A stretch of 64,000 nt of DNA, from the NCBI GenBank assembly GCA_904063045.1, contig CAJFCJ010000004.1, forward strand, positions 1,667,713 through 1,731,712, in the 5' to 3' direction. How positions within the stretch are numbered: position 1 is the first letter of the stretch; each line of letters opens with the position of its first letter. Origin of the DNA: Dimorphilus gyrociliatus. Lineage: Eukaryota > Animalia > Annelida. Below are positions 53,120 to 64,000 of this stretch, one piece after another. The translations under genes and the position numbers were made by a program. Below the pieces are notes generated by a model. It did not search any database. It worked only from the letters and a program-made list of their open reading frames with translations, and was not told the origin of the DNA.

Positions 53120-54310
53120 ATGGTAAGTGTACAACGCTCCTTGCTGTTTCTTGAGACTTATTATGGTAAAGATTTTAAATTGGCTGAAAAAAAGCTGTGT
53201 CTAGAGAAACATATGCAGATAATCTGGCCATGTAATAATCTAAAAGTTTGGAAAATTCATGAGAGAAGTTTGTTTTGGATAACTGGTATTTTGATGCCTA
53301 CAATTGGTTTTTTGGGCCTTCTACTTAGCTTAACAATTGCTTTTGTCTTTTTCAAAATGAGAAAAAGTAAGGCCACAACGGCCTTCGTGGTGGCATTGGC
53401 TTTTTCAGATATTGGTGTTCTGATAGTGGGAGGAATTATGAATATTTTTCGTGCTGGTATTCACTATGAAGCGCAGGAGGTTATTAAGTCCTACAAATTA
53501 ATGGTTATCAACGTATATTTTATATCATCATCCCTACTCGTGTTTCAGTCTTGTACCGTAAACATTATGGTGTCTTTGTCCGTATTTCGTTACTTGGCTA
53601 TAAGATTTCCTCTAAAAGCTTACAGACTCTGCTCAAGACGTAGAGCACTCGTAACTATCCTCATATCTGTATGCCTTGCGGTCTTATTTACAGGATCTCA
53701 ATTTAATAGTTTTAAAATTGCAAAGATATGTATACGTATATCGAAAGACAAGTGTGTTCAAAGTGTTTATCAGTATGTTTTAAATATCACGAAATTTTGG
53801 GTCGATTTTCAATATTATCTAGCATTAGTAGTTGTAAATTTTCTGCCTTGGTTAACGCTGGTAGTCTCCAGCATCCTGTTGACAGTGGAAATTAAGAAAT
53901 CAACGAACGCTATTTCGAGAATAGGAAAAGCTTCATCTGACGATATCAACAAAAAGAGAAAGCAAGAAAGACGTATAAGCAAAATGTTCCTACTAGTTAT
54001 AGCTATGACATCATTACTCTATCTACCTCAAGTCGTATATGTACTAGTTTCTCTGATTGACAAAAAATTGGCTGCCTATCATCCATACCTTCTAATATTT
54101 AGCTACATTTCCAATGGTTTAGTGGTTGTGAATTCGACAATTAATTTCTTTCTATACCTAGCAGTAAACAAGCAGTTTCGTCAAGATTTAATGGCAATTT
54201 TATGCCGCGCGAGACTGCGCAGAGACCAGACGTCTCCAAGAACAACAAAAACGCAATTGAGAAGTATAGCTAGTGTATCATCTTCACTTGAAAGTAAAAA
54301 TATCTCTTAA
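53120..54310 (+). CDS. Rhodopsin-class peptide GPCR (FMRFamide-receptor-like), intronless
   Basis: Seven hydrophobic helices, LAFSD (TM2), FRY at the DRY position, LYLP (TM6), NSTINFFLY (TM7). Confidence 0.88.
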   Translation: MVSVQRSLLFLETYYGKDFKLAEKKLCLEKHMQIIWPCNNLKVWKIHERSLFWITGILMPTIGFLGLLLSLTIAFVFFKMRKSKATTAFVVALAFSDIGVLIVGGIMNIFRAGIHYEAQEVIKSYKLMVINVYFISSSLLVFQSCTVNIMVSLSVFRYLAIRFPLKAYRLCSRRRALVTILISVCLAVLFTGSQFNSFKIAKICIRISKDKCVQSVYQYVLNITKFWVDFQYYLALVVVNFLPWLTLVVSSILLTVEIKKSTNAISRIGKASSDDINKKRKQERRISKMFLLVIAMTSLLYLPQVVYVLVSLIDKKLAAYHPYLLIFSYISNGLVVVNSTINFFLYLAVNKQFRQDLMAILCRARLRRDQTSPRTTKTQLRSIASVSSSLESKNIS

Positions 54311-54447
54311 AAAAAAGGCGTAAAGGAAAAAGAAAAGAAAAGAAAAAGAGCAAAGGGAAAAAAATCACATGTTGTCAGTTTTGTTGTAAAAAAGACAAAA
54401 AAAAATTCTATACAGCATATTTACAATTAACTTGACCGTATTCTTAC

Positions 54448-56470
54448 CTAAGACATTAACTGCTCTAGAATTGTTACATTCACTGAAATTGCGCCTTGTT
54501 GTTCGATTGATGACGATAAGAATTTGCAAGCGGCTCGAGATGACTGTGATCTAACTATAGGTAGTTTTAACAATAGCTTGGTGCAACTGTTTAAAGAAAA
54601 TCGTTTTCTTTCATTAGGTATCATTTCAAAAGATAAAGAAAACTCTTACAGACCGTAAAGGTTCATTTGGGTAACATTCATTGTCAAAGAATTGTAACAA
54701 TTCTAAATAACGCGTTTGCATATTCGATACGGCTATTCTGTCATTAATTCCTTCAGCATCTGTATCAATAATAATATATGAATGCATTGAAAACGATAGT
54801 TCGTTTTATATGGGAATCAATGGCATCGTACCGGGAAAAAGTAATATGATTGCACATAAAATGCAAAACTCTGTAGAATCAATATAAAAATCCAATGCTT
54901 GTAATCTTAAGATAATATCCAGAGTACATTCCATTATTTCACGACCCCACGTCAATGCTGATGCAGCTTGCTTTTCAACTAAAACATTCCTCGCCAATAA
55001 CACCGTATTATCAGTGTCTATTGATCTTTTTTGGATATTATACAAATAAATATTTACATTTATATTTAGGTTTTCATGTATATACATAATGCATATATAA
55101 ACTTTGTATTACCTATAAGCCATCCTGAATACAAGCAACTCGACAAATGATGATTTTACAAGGCTTATCTGGTCCTCATTTTGTAGATGTTGGAAACCTA
55201 TGAAAAAGCCGCTTGATGTGCTTTTTTTATTGTTACTGCCCTGTCTTATACTAACCGGGAACAAGTCTGGCCCAATCTATAATTAATCGTAATTCCTGAT
55301 CGGATACAGACATAAGTTCTTTAACTGGAATATCTTCAACTTTTTCGATGGGGCCAATGGCTAATTTAAGAATTTACTTATTTTTCAGCTTTTTTTATAA
55401 TAGGAATACAGACTTAATTCAGGCATATTAGCAGCTCCTATCTGAGTTATTTGTTTCACAAGCGCTTCTTCCTCTGTCACTGAGGTCTCAGTTTTTTGCA
55501 CTACAATTTTAAGAAAAAAACAATTAGGCGCTTTTTTCTTTTCTCGAATCTAATTTAAATTCTTATGCTGTAGGCTAATACCTTTTTCCGGAGATTTATA
55601 GACAAGTTCAGTGCCTATTCTTTTATGTCGATGACGTCCTCCAGGGGTTCTATCCTCTCTAACAGCTAGTTAAACATAATTCATCAATCAAATTTTAATA
55701 ACTATTTGAGTTATAAATAACTAACAATCTTTTTTCATTCCAACTTGAAGACATTTCGTGAATCGACAATACTGACAATTGTTTCTCGTTGCCTTGTTGA
55801 TGACACAGCAGCAATTTTCTCGACAAGTGTAAGTTAAGTTTTTTTGAACGCTTCTCTGTTTGTAATAATAATTTCAAATTCTGGTTGTAAAGTAAGTGTC
55901 ATTCTAGTAACCTTAAAAAATCCTTTGCAACCTTCGCAACTGAATACAGAGTAGTGAAAACCAGTTCCCTTGTCTCCACATACAGCACAGCAGGCACCTT
56001 CTATTCCATAATTCTCAGTTGCCTCCTGATATAATCCCACCTGTATCGCATTTCAACAACAAATTAAGCTGTTCGATTTGTTAAACATTTATCTGGTTTT
56101 AGTAACCTAACACCTTATAGTATTTTACAATAGATAAAACTTTTGGAACTTTGCTTTTAAAAATTTTTCATTTGAAAGCTACCTGCATATCATCAGTTTG
56201 TACTTCGTAGTTGGCGCCATCTTCAGGCAAATCGTCGACTCTCTGTAAGGTAGAACTTGAGTTATCTTCTGATATTACATACACTTTGGGCTTGGACGGA
56301 ACAGCTACATAACGTGTATCACTCGATGATACTGGTTTTAAGACGATTTTAGCTTGATTTTCTTCTGAAGAAATCTGTTCTGTGGAGTCGTTTGGTCGAG
56401 GGAGTATTTCGACTTTTATAACTTGCTGTTGTCCTCCCGGAGATTCGATACTGATTGATTTTGTTGACAT
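54448..56470 (-). CDS. Orphan nuclear receptor with DBD and LBD (NR7/NR8-like candidate)
   Basis: [26 protein letters not shown]|[11 protein letters not shown]...[13 protein letters not shown]-box [18 protein letters not shown] signature [30 protein letters not shown], terminal ILEQLMS*. Confidence 0.9.
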
Positions 56471-56770
56471 TTTCCTAGCGATCAATTAGGCGAACATACA
56501 AAAAGACTGATGCATTGAGTTTGTTTGAAAATTGTGCAAAAATAGGGTGAAGGCCGAAAATTTTGTCCGGAAGTGGATAATGTAGATCAACTTCCGGTTG
56601 TTCTAAAAAAAATTATTTCGTAAAAATTAATTTCTGTCTTTAATTGCGCCAATTATTTTTAGGTTAATTTATTTAAAAAAGAGAGGGAAATTTCGCATAT
56701 TTAAAATAAATTGTTTACGTCACATGCTAATGAGAATACTAAAGCAAGGCGAATCGAAATTCTATAAAAA

Positions 56771-57622
56771 ATGCAATCTTTTCGGCAGCAATTAGCTGAT
56801 AGCGGGTCTAAGGCTGAAACAAATCCTGAGGCAACTTGGTGGTGTAAATTATTAGCTAGAGGAGTATCAATAGTAGCAGCATTTAGTAAGTTTAATCGGC
56901 TAGTTTCTATTTTTGAACGAACTTTTTTTTCGTTCTATGATTTTTCATCAATCTGTCTACTTCAGTCTTTTTAATACTATATGTAATTAACAGTCGCATT
57001 CATTCTTGGTATTGGTGGGATGATTGGTGTACCTGGAATATGTACTGGAGCCGGTTTGCTACAAATGTAGGCTTTTCAATTAATCAATTTAAATGAACAG
57101 TTGTCACATATTCAATACAAATGTTCATACAGTTTAGCGGCAGCAATAGTACTCATGATAGAGGCTCCCTGTTGTTTTCACTATCTTGAAATTACGAAAC
57201 CCTTGGTTGGGTTCGCCGAAAGAAGATCTTTCTTACAAAGGGGTATTGCTTACGGAATGTATGATTTCAATTGTTAAATTTGTCTTTTGTGTTAAAAATA
57301 AAAGAGCATAATTGACTTTTTAGACTTTCAATTCCACCTTTGGCTATGTGCTTCTCATTTCCTTGGACAGTTTGTGGTTCTGGTCTGATCTTCGCTGGTG
57401 GGGTGCTATATGGTTTAATGGGATTGGGTAGAAAGTAAGTTCAAATAATTACAATATCTGTTTACAAAATTAAATTCATATTAAAACTAATTGTTTTTCA
57501 GGGCTGATAGAGATGAAATGAAAATGAAAGCTACTGGTCAAGGCATTGGTAATGAATTTGAAAATTCGAAGGATGCTTTAGTTACTCATGATCGGTCAGG
57601 AGCCGAATATGGTCAACCATAA
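56771..57622 (+). CDS. CACFD1: Calcium channel flower homolog
   Basis: Spliced product TWWCKLLARG...MIEAPCCFHYLE...LQRGIAYG...GVLYGLMGLGRKADR matches Flower motifs (EAPFCC, GVLYGLSALGKK). Confidence 0.88.
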
Positions 57623-57944
57623 TAGCCATAATGAGACCAAATCTGTTTATTTTTTTTTAGATATTAAGGAACAAATAATTGTACAAAAAAAAGCTATTTT
57701 AACATATCCAAATAGCTCATTCCATTTAACTGTAAAGGGAAGATTTCTCTATCTTTTTTTTTCATGGCCACATAAATATATATTGTGACAATAAGATAGG
57801 TTATGTTGATCTAGTCATAATAATGAGTTTTGTTCAATTCAAGTGGTAATAACAAATAGGAAGAACATACTTTATTGTTGTCAAAGATTTAATGTGCTCA
57901 AAACTGTTGTAATAACATCAATAAAATATTAAAGTTAAAATGAA

Positions 57945-59504
57945 TTAGCTAAATATATTATGCTTTAGTTGTTTAATTTGACTGATTATTGTTTTCAAGT
58001 CCATCAAAAGAAACACTCCAAATTCAGCCACCAAAAATAATAACCATATCGTGAAAATCGCTGGTCCTCCTTTCGCCTCGGATGGTTTCGTTTCTTCTTG
58101 GCTAATGCCAACGTAAGATTGCACAATCATATCAAGTTGTTTACGTAACAGTTCATTGTCGGTTGTCAATTTAATATCCGCAGTGGAACTTGTCACAGGC
58201 AACGATTCCTTAGTAGTTGAAAATTTTCTTTTGGTTGAAGATTGTTCAACAGACAATGTACTTTCAATAGACTTTGGTGTGACAGACGTCTGAGAACTTG
58301 AATAAGAATCTGTTGTTAACAATTTTTGAGTAGTAGAGTGATCTGTTATTGTCGATTTGAAGCTCGAAGATTCTTGTGTTGATATACTTTCTTTTGGGTC
58401 TTCCTTTGAGTTTGCAAGAGTAGTAGTAGAATTGCCAGTGGAGGAACGAGTGACTGGATTATCAGTTGTGGAAGAAATAATAGAATTATCAATAGTAGGA
58501 TTGGGAATAGAAGGAGAGGTGGTGAGATTATCAGCTGAAGAAAAGCTAGTAGGATTATCAGTGGTGGGAGGAGTAGTAGGATTGGAAGTAATAGAAGGAG
58601 AGGTGGTGAAATCATCAGTTGTATAAGAGCTAGTAGGATTTTCAGTGGTAGAAGAAGTCATAGGATTAACAGATGAAGAATGAGCGGTTGTTTTTTCGGT
58701 AGTGGGGAGAGTAGTAGGATTAGTAATATAAGGCGAGGTGGTGAGATTATCAGTTGTAGAAGAGCTAGTAGGATTATCGGTGGTAGAAGTAGTAGGACTC
58801 GCAGTAGTAGAAGTAGTGGGTATTACCATAGTAGTGATTTCCTCTGTAGTTGTTATAACTGTTTCTTCTGGAGCTTCCAACATTTCAGTTCTGAATGGTG
58901 TGTTGCATTTGCTATTATCATTTGGATGAGTAAGAGCATTTATTACTACATCCCATTCGGATGATATAAAATCTATCAATGGGGCATTTTCCAAAGATTT
59001 TCTCTTTGCAAATCCTTTTCTATAATTCCATCCAGTAGTCTCATCTGAGCCGTAGGCATCAACCAACTTAAAAAAAAAATGTATTGCGTTGTATAAAAAC
59101 AAAAATTCTTTTAATCACATCAATATATAGAATAACAACTTTAAATATTGGTCTTATAAACTCACCTGATTATCTTTAAATAAGTAAACTTTAACTGAGC
59201 CGCTACTTAAGCTGAAAGTTTCACTTTCTTCTTCCACGGCTTTTCCTAAAAAAGCTGACATAACTACTTTATTCATCACATAAAAGTATGACAGAGCCTG
59301 TAGATTATTACTACTGATGAATATAGATGGTACTTGAGCGTTTATTCCCAAACTGTATGTGTTCAAGTCGTTAATGTCAGTTGGAGATACCAGCTCAACA
59401 AAATATCTGTTTCCTTGTATTTCACCAACAGCGGAAATAGCTAGTTGACCGCTAATTATACATTCAAATAGAACAATATAATTCAAAATATATTTTATAG
59501 ACAT
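57945..59504 (-). CDS. Mucin-like single-pass membrane protein with an N-terminal globular domain, 2 exons
   Basis: Exon 1 59504-59166 (signal peptide, then RYFVELVSP...VYLFKDNQ); exon 2 59066-57945 (LVDAYG..GWNYRKGFAKRK, Thr/Ser-rich stalk, TM AIFTIWLLFLVAEFGVFLLMD). Confidence 0.8.
58480..58810 (-). repeat. Coding tandem repeat, ~25-30 aa units (TDNPTSS.TTDNLTTSP.ITNPT)
   Basis: At least three diverged copies visible in DNA and protein. Confidence 0.75.
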
Positions 59505-59830
59505 CGTTGTTAAGTTCGGAAAGAAGTGATAGAGAAAACTTATGAAAGATCGATGACATGCTTGCATAATTTTTCCAGGATCAATACGGGTCGCAGAGAA
59601 AACAGTTATAAAACTATGTAAGTCACGTTAAAATTATTAACATTTGCTCTCATTGTTGTCCTATAACACGTAAGGAATTACAATAGGTTAATTATTTATT
59701 TGAGATATGTTAACTTTCTATACATCTGTGTTTTCTCAGAATTGATAATGACATTTAAAAAGTATATATAGACGCACAGCAAGCATATTCTTCCTGCACC
59801 TTTCTTTATTGAAGAATCAATATTTCAATA

Positions 59831-61004
59831 ATGAAATTTTTTGCGGTAGCTGTTTTGTTTATTCAATGTTAGTTGAAATTGTCATAATAGATTGTTGACC
59901 TGTGCTCTAATAAATATATTTTGTTACTTAAAATTTATTTAGTTGGTCTTCTTGATGCCAGATCTTCCACCCCATTCATTGTAGGGGGTTCGGAATCCGC
60001 TAAAGGAAGATGGCCGTGGCAATTATCTCTTCAAGTCAACCGAGGAGAGGGAGTCTTCGGGTAACAATAGTTTTTAAAGACTCTATTATTTGATTTGATT
60101 TTCACCTTTTCCTTTATCTCGATTCTTTAAGGCATTCCTGTGGAGCTGTTCTTATCAAGGAAAATTGGGTACTAACTGCTGGACACTGCCTTATGCTTAA
60201 CGAAGAGTATGTATTTCCATACTGTATATTTAATATAAATGCAGCATATGATTGATAACGTCACTTATTTTGAATTATAGAGAGCCAGATGATTATTTAC
60301 TTCGCGCTGGAGCTTTCAGAATTGCCCCTGTTGGAGACGAGGAACAAACTCTTCACGTTGAGAAAATCATTATTGTAATCATGTTTATTTCCCTATCGAC
60401 AATAGCTTAACTTATTTACCTATATACTAATGAAACAGCATCCTGAGTTTGAACTAATCAATCCCGGATTACCTAATGACATTGCTTTATTGAAATTAAA
60501 AGAGAACGCTGACTTGGGCAATCCTAATATTAACACTATTAGCCTTCCTCCAAATGATTCTAACGACTTTGCCGGAAACAGTGATTGTTGGATCACTGGC
60601 TGGGGTAGAACTAGCGGAAATGCAACTGGCGCAAGCCCAGTTCTTATGGAATTGAATATTCCAGTTTTGACAAACGAAGTATGTGACGATCGTTGGAGCG
60701 ATAATATCATTGGTATTGTTCAACCAATCTTGGATGAACATATTTGTGTAGGAGATGACGCAGGAAACCTTAGCGCATGTCAAGTATGATTATTTTGAAA
60801 TATGTATTTAAAAATAATAATCAACAGCGGTTATCTAAATAAAATTAGGGTGACTCCGGAGGTCCTCTCTCTTGTCAAGTCAACGGCGAATGGTTGGTTG
60901 CTGGAATAACTTCAAGAGGATTCCCAGATTGCAAAGGCTATCCCTCCGTTTACACAAGAACATCAAAATATATTCAATGGGTAAACGATACAATTAACGA
61001 ATAA
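59831..61004 (+). CDS. Secreted S1A serine protease, chymotrypsin/elastase-like
   Basis: Signal peptide, IVGG activation site, LTAGHC, NDIALL, SACQ|GDSGGP. Residue 189 is Ser rather than Asp. Confidence 0.93.
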
Positions 61005-61064
61005 ACTATTTAAAATAATTTTGAAAGTGGTGACTTCTGTATAAAATAACTAAAAATCTTTAGG

Positions 61065-62385
61065 CTAAAAGAAGACTTTGCTGTTTAATAAATACAATAC
61101 ATGAAAATAATATGAGAAACTATTATTAAAAATGTATAGATAAGTTGAAAGAGTCAATTTATTGCAACTACCTCTCATTATTTTAGACCAATTGCAAAGA
61201 AAATTAGGATACTTTTGTTGGAAAATGACAATAATTTCGTCGATAAAATAAGAGCAAGTCTTTTTGTCATTTAAAAAACAAATGACAGCCTCCTGTAAAG
61301 ACTCGCAATTATTTCTCCTCTTCACTTCAATTCTGTTTATCTGTTTTTGGCAATTAAGTTTACATTTTAATCTATTGACGAGTGAATATCTAGTTCTATC
61401 GTAATTTAATCCATGTATTCTATTAGATTCAGTATTTAGGCTATTATCAAACGGACAAGTGCGATTTTTAAGTTTTTCGCCTACACTTGTAATAAAATAC
61501 CACAGTTGGCAAGATTTCTCATAAAATCTTTCATAAGATTTCATACATATTCTTAAACGGTTATTTCTTTCACAATCATCAAATTGTTTACTCTTCATCA
61601 TTGCAGAATGTAGTTCTTCCCAACATCCGATTGCGCAACGACTGTTTGCGTCTATAGATAAGCCATAATTTTTAATATTAGTTTTTAATCTACGTAATCT
61701 ACAAGAAATGTTATTCTTTTCAATTTTCTTTAATATTAAATAACGATAGAAATTGCAAGTATTTTTTAATTTTCCATTAAATAAACAAGAATAGAAATAA
61801 TTATTCGATTTACAATTTTGAAAATTGTAGAATAAAACTTCGGACCAAACTAATTTACAATTTCCTTCTAAACATTTAGAATCGATTGAAAAGTTTTTTT
61901 CACTCAATTCCCTATATATATTCAGTTCTACTGCCTCTTCTTCTTCTTCTCCTTCAATTGTCCTGTATGGTTGAACGATTTCGTCTGTAGAAAAGAGTTT
62001 TATTCATTCATTCAATCATTCATTTAGAAATAATAAAAACACTTTAACCGGACGATTTGTATTTACAAAATTTCCCAATAGAACTCATCATTTTTATCAA
62101 ATCTTTACAAAATTCATATGTTTTAATACAAGACCATATTTGATAGTAGATTCTACACTTAATATTATTATTTCTTTTTAAAGTTAGCATTAAATTTGGG
62201 CATTTATTAATGCAGAACAGAGTACTATCCATTTTCAAGGTTTTTAACACTACGTGACAAAAAAATTATCGGGAAGTTTAGTAATTATTGTAATTTAAGA
62301 CGATTATTATATAATTTATTCAAATTTCACCATTTAAGTTGAAAAGGTTAAAAGAAAGAACAAAAAAGAAAATGAATCCTATCAT
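61065..62385 (-). CDS. Cys-rich secreted or GPI-anchor-like protein, paralog A, 3 exons
   Basis: Exon 1 from ATG 62385 (MIGFIFFFVLSFNLFNLN), exon 2 ~62249-62048, exon 3 ~61987-61065. Repeated Cys modules and a hydrophobic C-terminus; aligns with the neighbouring gene. Confidence 0.72.
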
Positions 62386-62439
62386 TATTTTGTGCTCTTA
62401 TCGTTTAAAATTCAAAAATGATACAAGTGTGATGTTTTA

Positions 62440-63594
62440 TTATAAAAGATAAAATATTAAAATCATAATATTTAGTATAATGTTAAAGCTATTTACACGG
62501 AGCGATATTGAAGAATTTAAGGACATTACCCTCATCCAATCACAGTTTTTCTTTGACTTAGTTAATTGATAATGAACGACAGTTTCGTCAAATAGATACA
62601 AACAATTAATTGAATTAAGTAGTCTTTCTTTAATTAAACAACTCTTTGCCTCTATTAATAGATTACAACTAGAATTTTGTAGATTAGCTAATTGCCTTTC
62701 TTTAATACATTTTTTCTTGCATTCTAATCTCCGCCACCTATTCAGGTATGGTCTTTTATTGTATGTTAATCCGTTAATTCTAGGTACCCTTTGGCTGTTA
62801 AATTTACAAGTTAAATTCGATTTTATCTCTTGATATTGTACGAAATATATCCATAAGCGTTTTTTGGTATTAACTAGATTCAAGCACGTTCTAACCATAT
62901 TATTCAATCGACAGTCTTTCATCTGCCTATTCTGAGACTTACTGAGCAAATGGGAACAAGCTGCGATAGTTTGTATTTCACTTTTGGATATCTCAATATT
63001 AGATATTTTAGTTTTATTCCATCTATTCCATATATCTTCATCGCAAGTTGTAGCAGCTTTTTCCATCGTTTTTCTTTTCAAATCGCTAAGCCAACCATTG
63101 CAATTGTATCCTAGGCTATTCAAGCATTTATAAGCCCGAAAGCTGACTTTACAAAACGAATAATTCTCAAGAATCGCTTTCAACCATAATAGTTGACATT
63201 TATCGTTTAAGCAAGTAAAAGAAATTCCCTGTTTAAAGCTTCTAATCGTTGATTCGTCAACATTGAAAATCTGTTGAATTCGAGTATGAAATTCCCTTGC
63301 ACCGAAAGGTAGTTTTGGCTTTTGTTTACTGGACCTTTTATTGCATATTCCAACAGTAAAATTTAGTACTCTGTCTTTTATTCGCTCTGAACAGCCTGCG
63401 TGTGTTGAGATACAGTTTAACGCTTCGTTTAATCTATCGCATTTCATAAAAGCTGGATCTTGGAGTATTTCATAAATCTTATAAGGTAAACAACTCGATA
63501 TACAGAATAATTGCTCAATTCTTACTAATCTTTGAGAAAACGTTACATTTGATCTATTTAATACATTTATTAAAATTAATAATATCAATTTCAT
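62440..63594 (-). CDS. Cys-rich secreted or GPI-anchor-like protein, paralog B, intronless
   Basis: 384-aa ORF with signal peptide, four Cys modules and a hydrophobic tail (FNIILNIMILIFYLL). Shares LFCI..C, C.L.W, RI.GL.Y, RL.CK..C and DE..V..Q with paralog A. Confidence 0.8.
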   Translation of the reverse strand: MKLILLILINVLNRSNVTFSQRLVRIEQLFCISSCLPYKIYEILQDPAFMKCDRLNEALNCISTHAGCSERIKDRVLNFTVGICNKRSSKQKPKLPFGAREFHTRIQQIFNVDESTIRSFKQGISFTCLNDKCQLLWLKAILENYSFCKVSFRAYKCLNSLGYNCNGWLSDLKRKTMEKAATTCDEDIWNRWNKTKISNIEISKSEIQTIAACSHLLSKSQNRQMKDCRLNNMVRTCLNLVNTKKRLWIYFVQYQEIKSNLTCKFNSQRVPRINGLTYNKRPYLNRWRRLECKKKCIKERQLANLQNSSCNLLIEAKSCLIKERLLNSINCLYLFDETVVHYQLTKSKKNCDWMRVMSLNSSISLRVNSFNIILNIMILIFYLL

Positions 63595-64000
63595 TTTAAA
63601 ATGATTTTTCTTTGTTTTTTTGTTTTAGTTTATTCCATTTCATAAGATTAATTTTGATTAATACACGTCATCCGAAAGATGGCGCTTGTTATTTATTTAT
63701 TTATTATTATTTTTTAAGAAAATAGTCTAACTACGTATTCGGTAGCTTAAAGAATTTTCTAAATTTAGCTTAGGCTATATGTAGTGGCATTCTTTAACCG
63801 CTACCACCTTATACGACCGTATCATAATAAAATTAGAATTATAACTGCCTTCGCACCTGCTTTTTAGCGTCCGTCTTCGCGCTGGGACGCCCACTTAGCA
63901 TTCTACTTGTCCTATTTAGACCTTTATAACTCACTTTTTTCTAACTTAATAACGTCTTGCCAAATATACCGTCCACCAATATAAATTATCTACATTGAAA

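Overview
AT-rich, very compact animal genomic DNA with short GT-AG introns (mostly about 50-100 nt) and dense gene packing. Gene content points to a lophotrochozoan, plausibly a small-genome annelid such as Dimorphilus (inference). Splicing by eye gives about 20 genes, several invisible in the ORF track. In order they are: a C2-PDZ protein, novel PKC (epsilon/eta), ISCA2, TIS11/ZFP36, an intronless bacterial-type sulfotransferase, RAD51B, a ClC-2 chloride channel, beta-PIX, C9orf78, an intronless catalytic-only phytochelatin-synthase-like gene, a multi-pass membrane protein with an unrecognised N-terminal repeat, an LRP-like receptor, a small single-pass protein, a peptide GPCR, an orphan nuclear receptor, Flower/CACFD1, a mucin-like membrane protein, a serine protease and two tandem Cys-rich paralogs. 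Four observations stand out. (1) TIS11 and RAD51B lie tail-to-tail as ZFP36L1/RAD51B do in human, and the only long RAD51B intron is at the position of the giant human intron 7 and carries a Su(H)-motif cluster, suggesting an ancient regulatory block. (2) ClC-2 has a frame-incompatible duplicated exon pair encoding the pore Tyr helix. (3) The PCS-like enzyme is short and altered at substrate-binding positions. (4) The membrane protein carries a roughly one-per-exon Q-x3-[IL]-x3-[FY]-x4-W repeat. Exon limits were read manually and may be off by a few bases. No tRNA, rRNA or CRISPR array was found.
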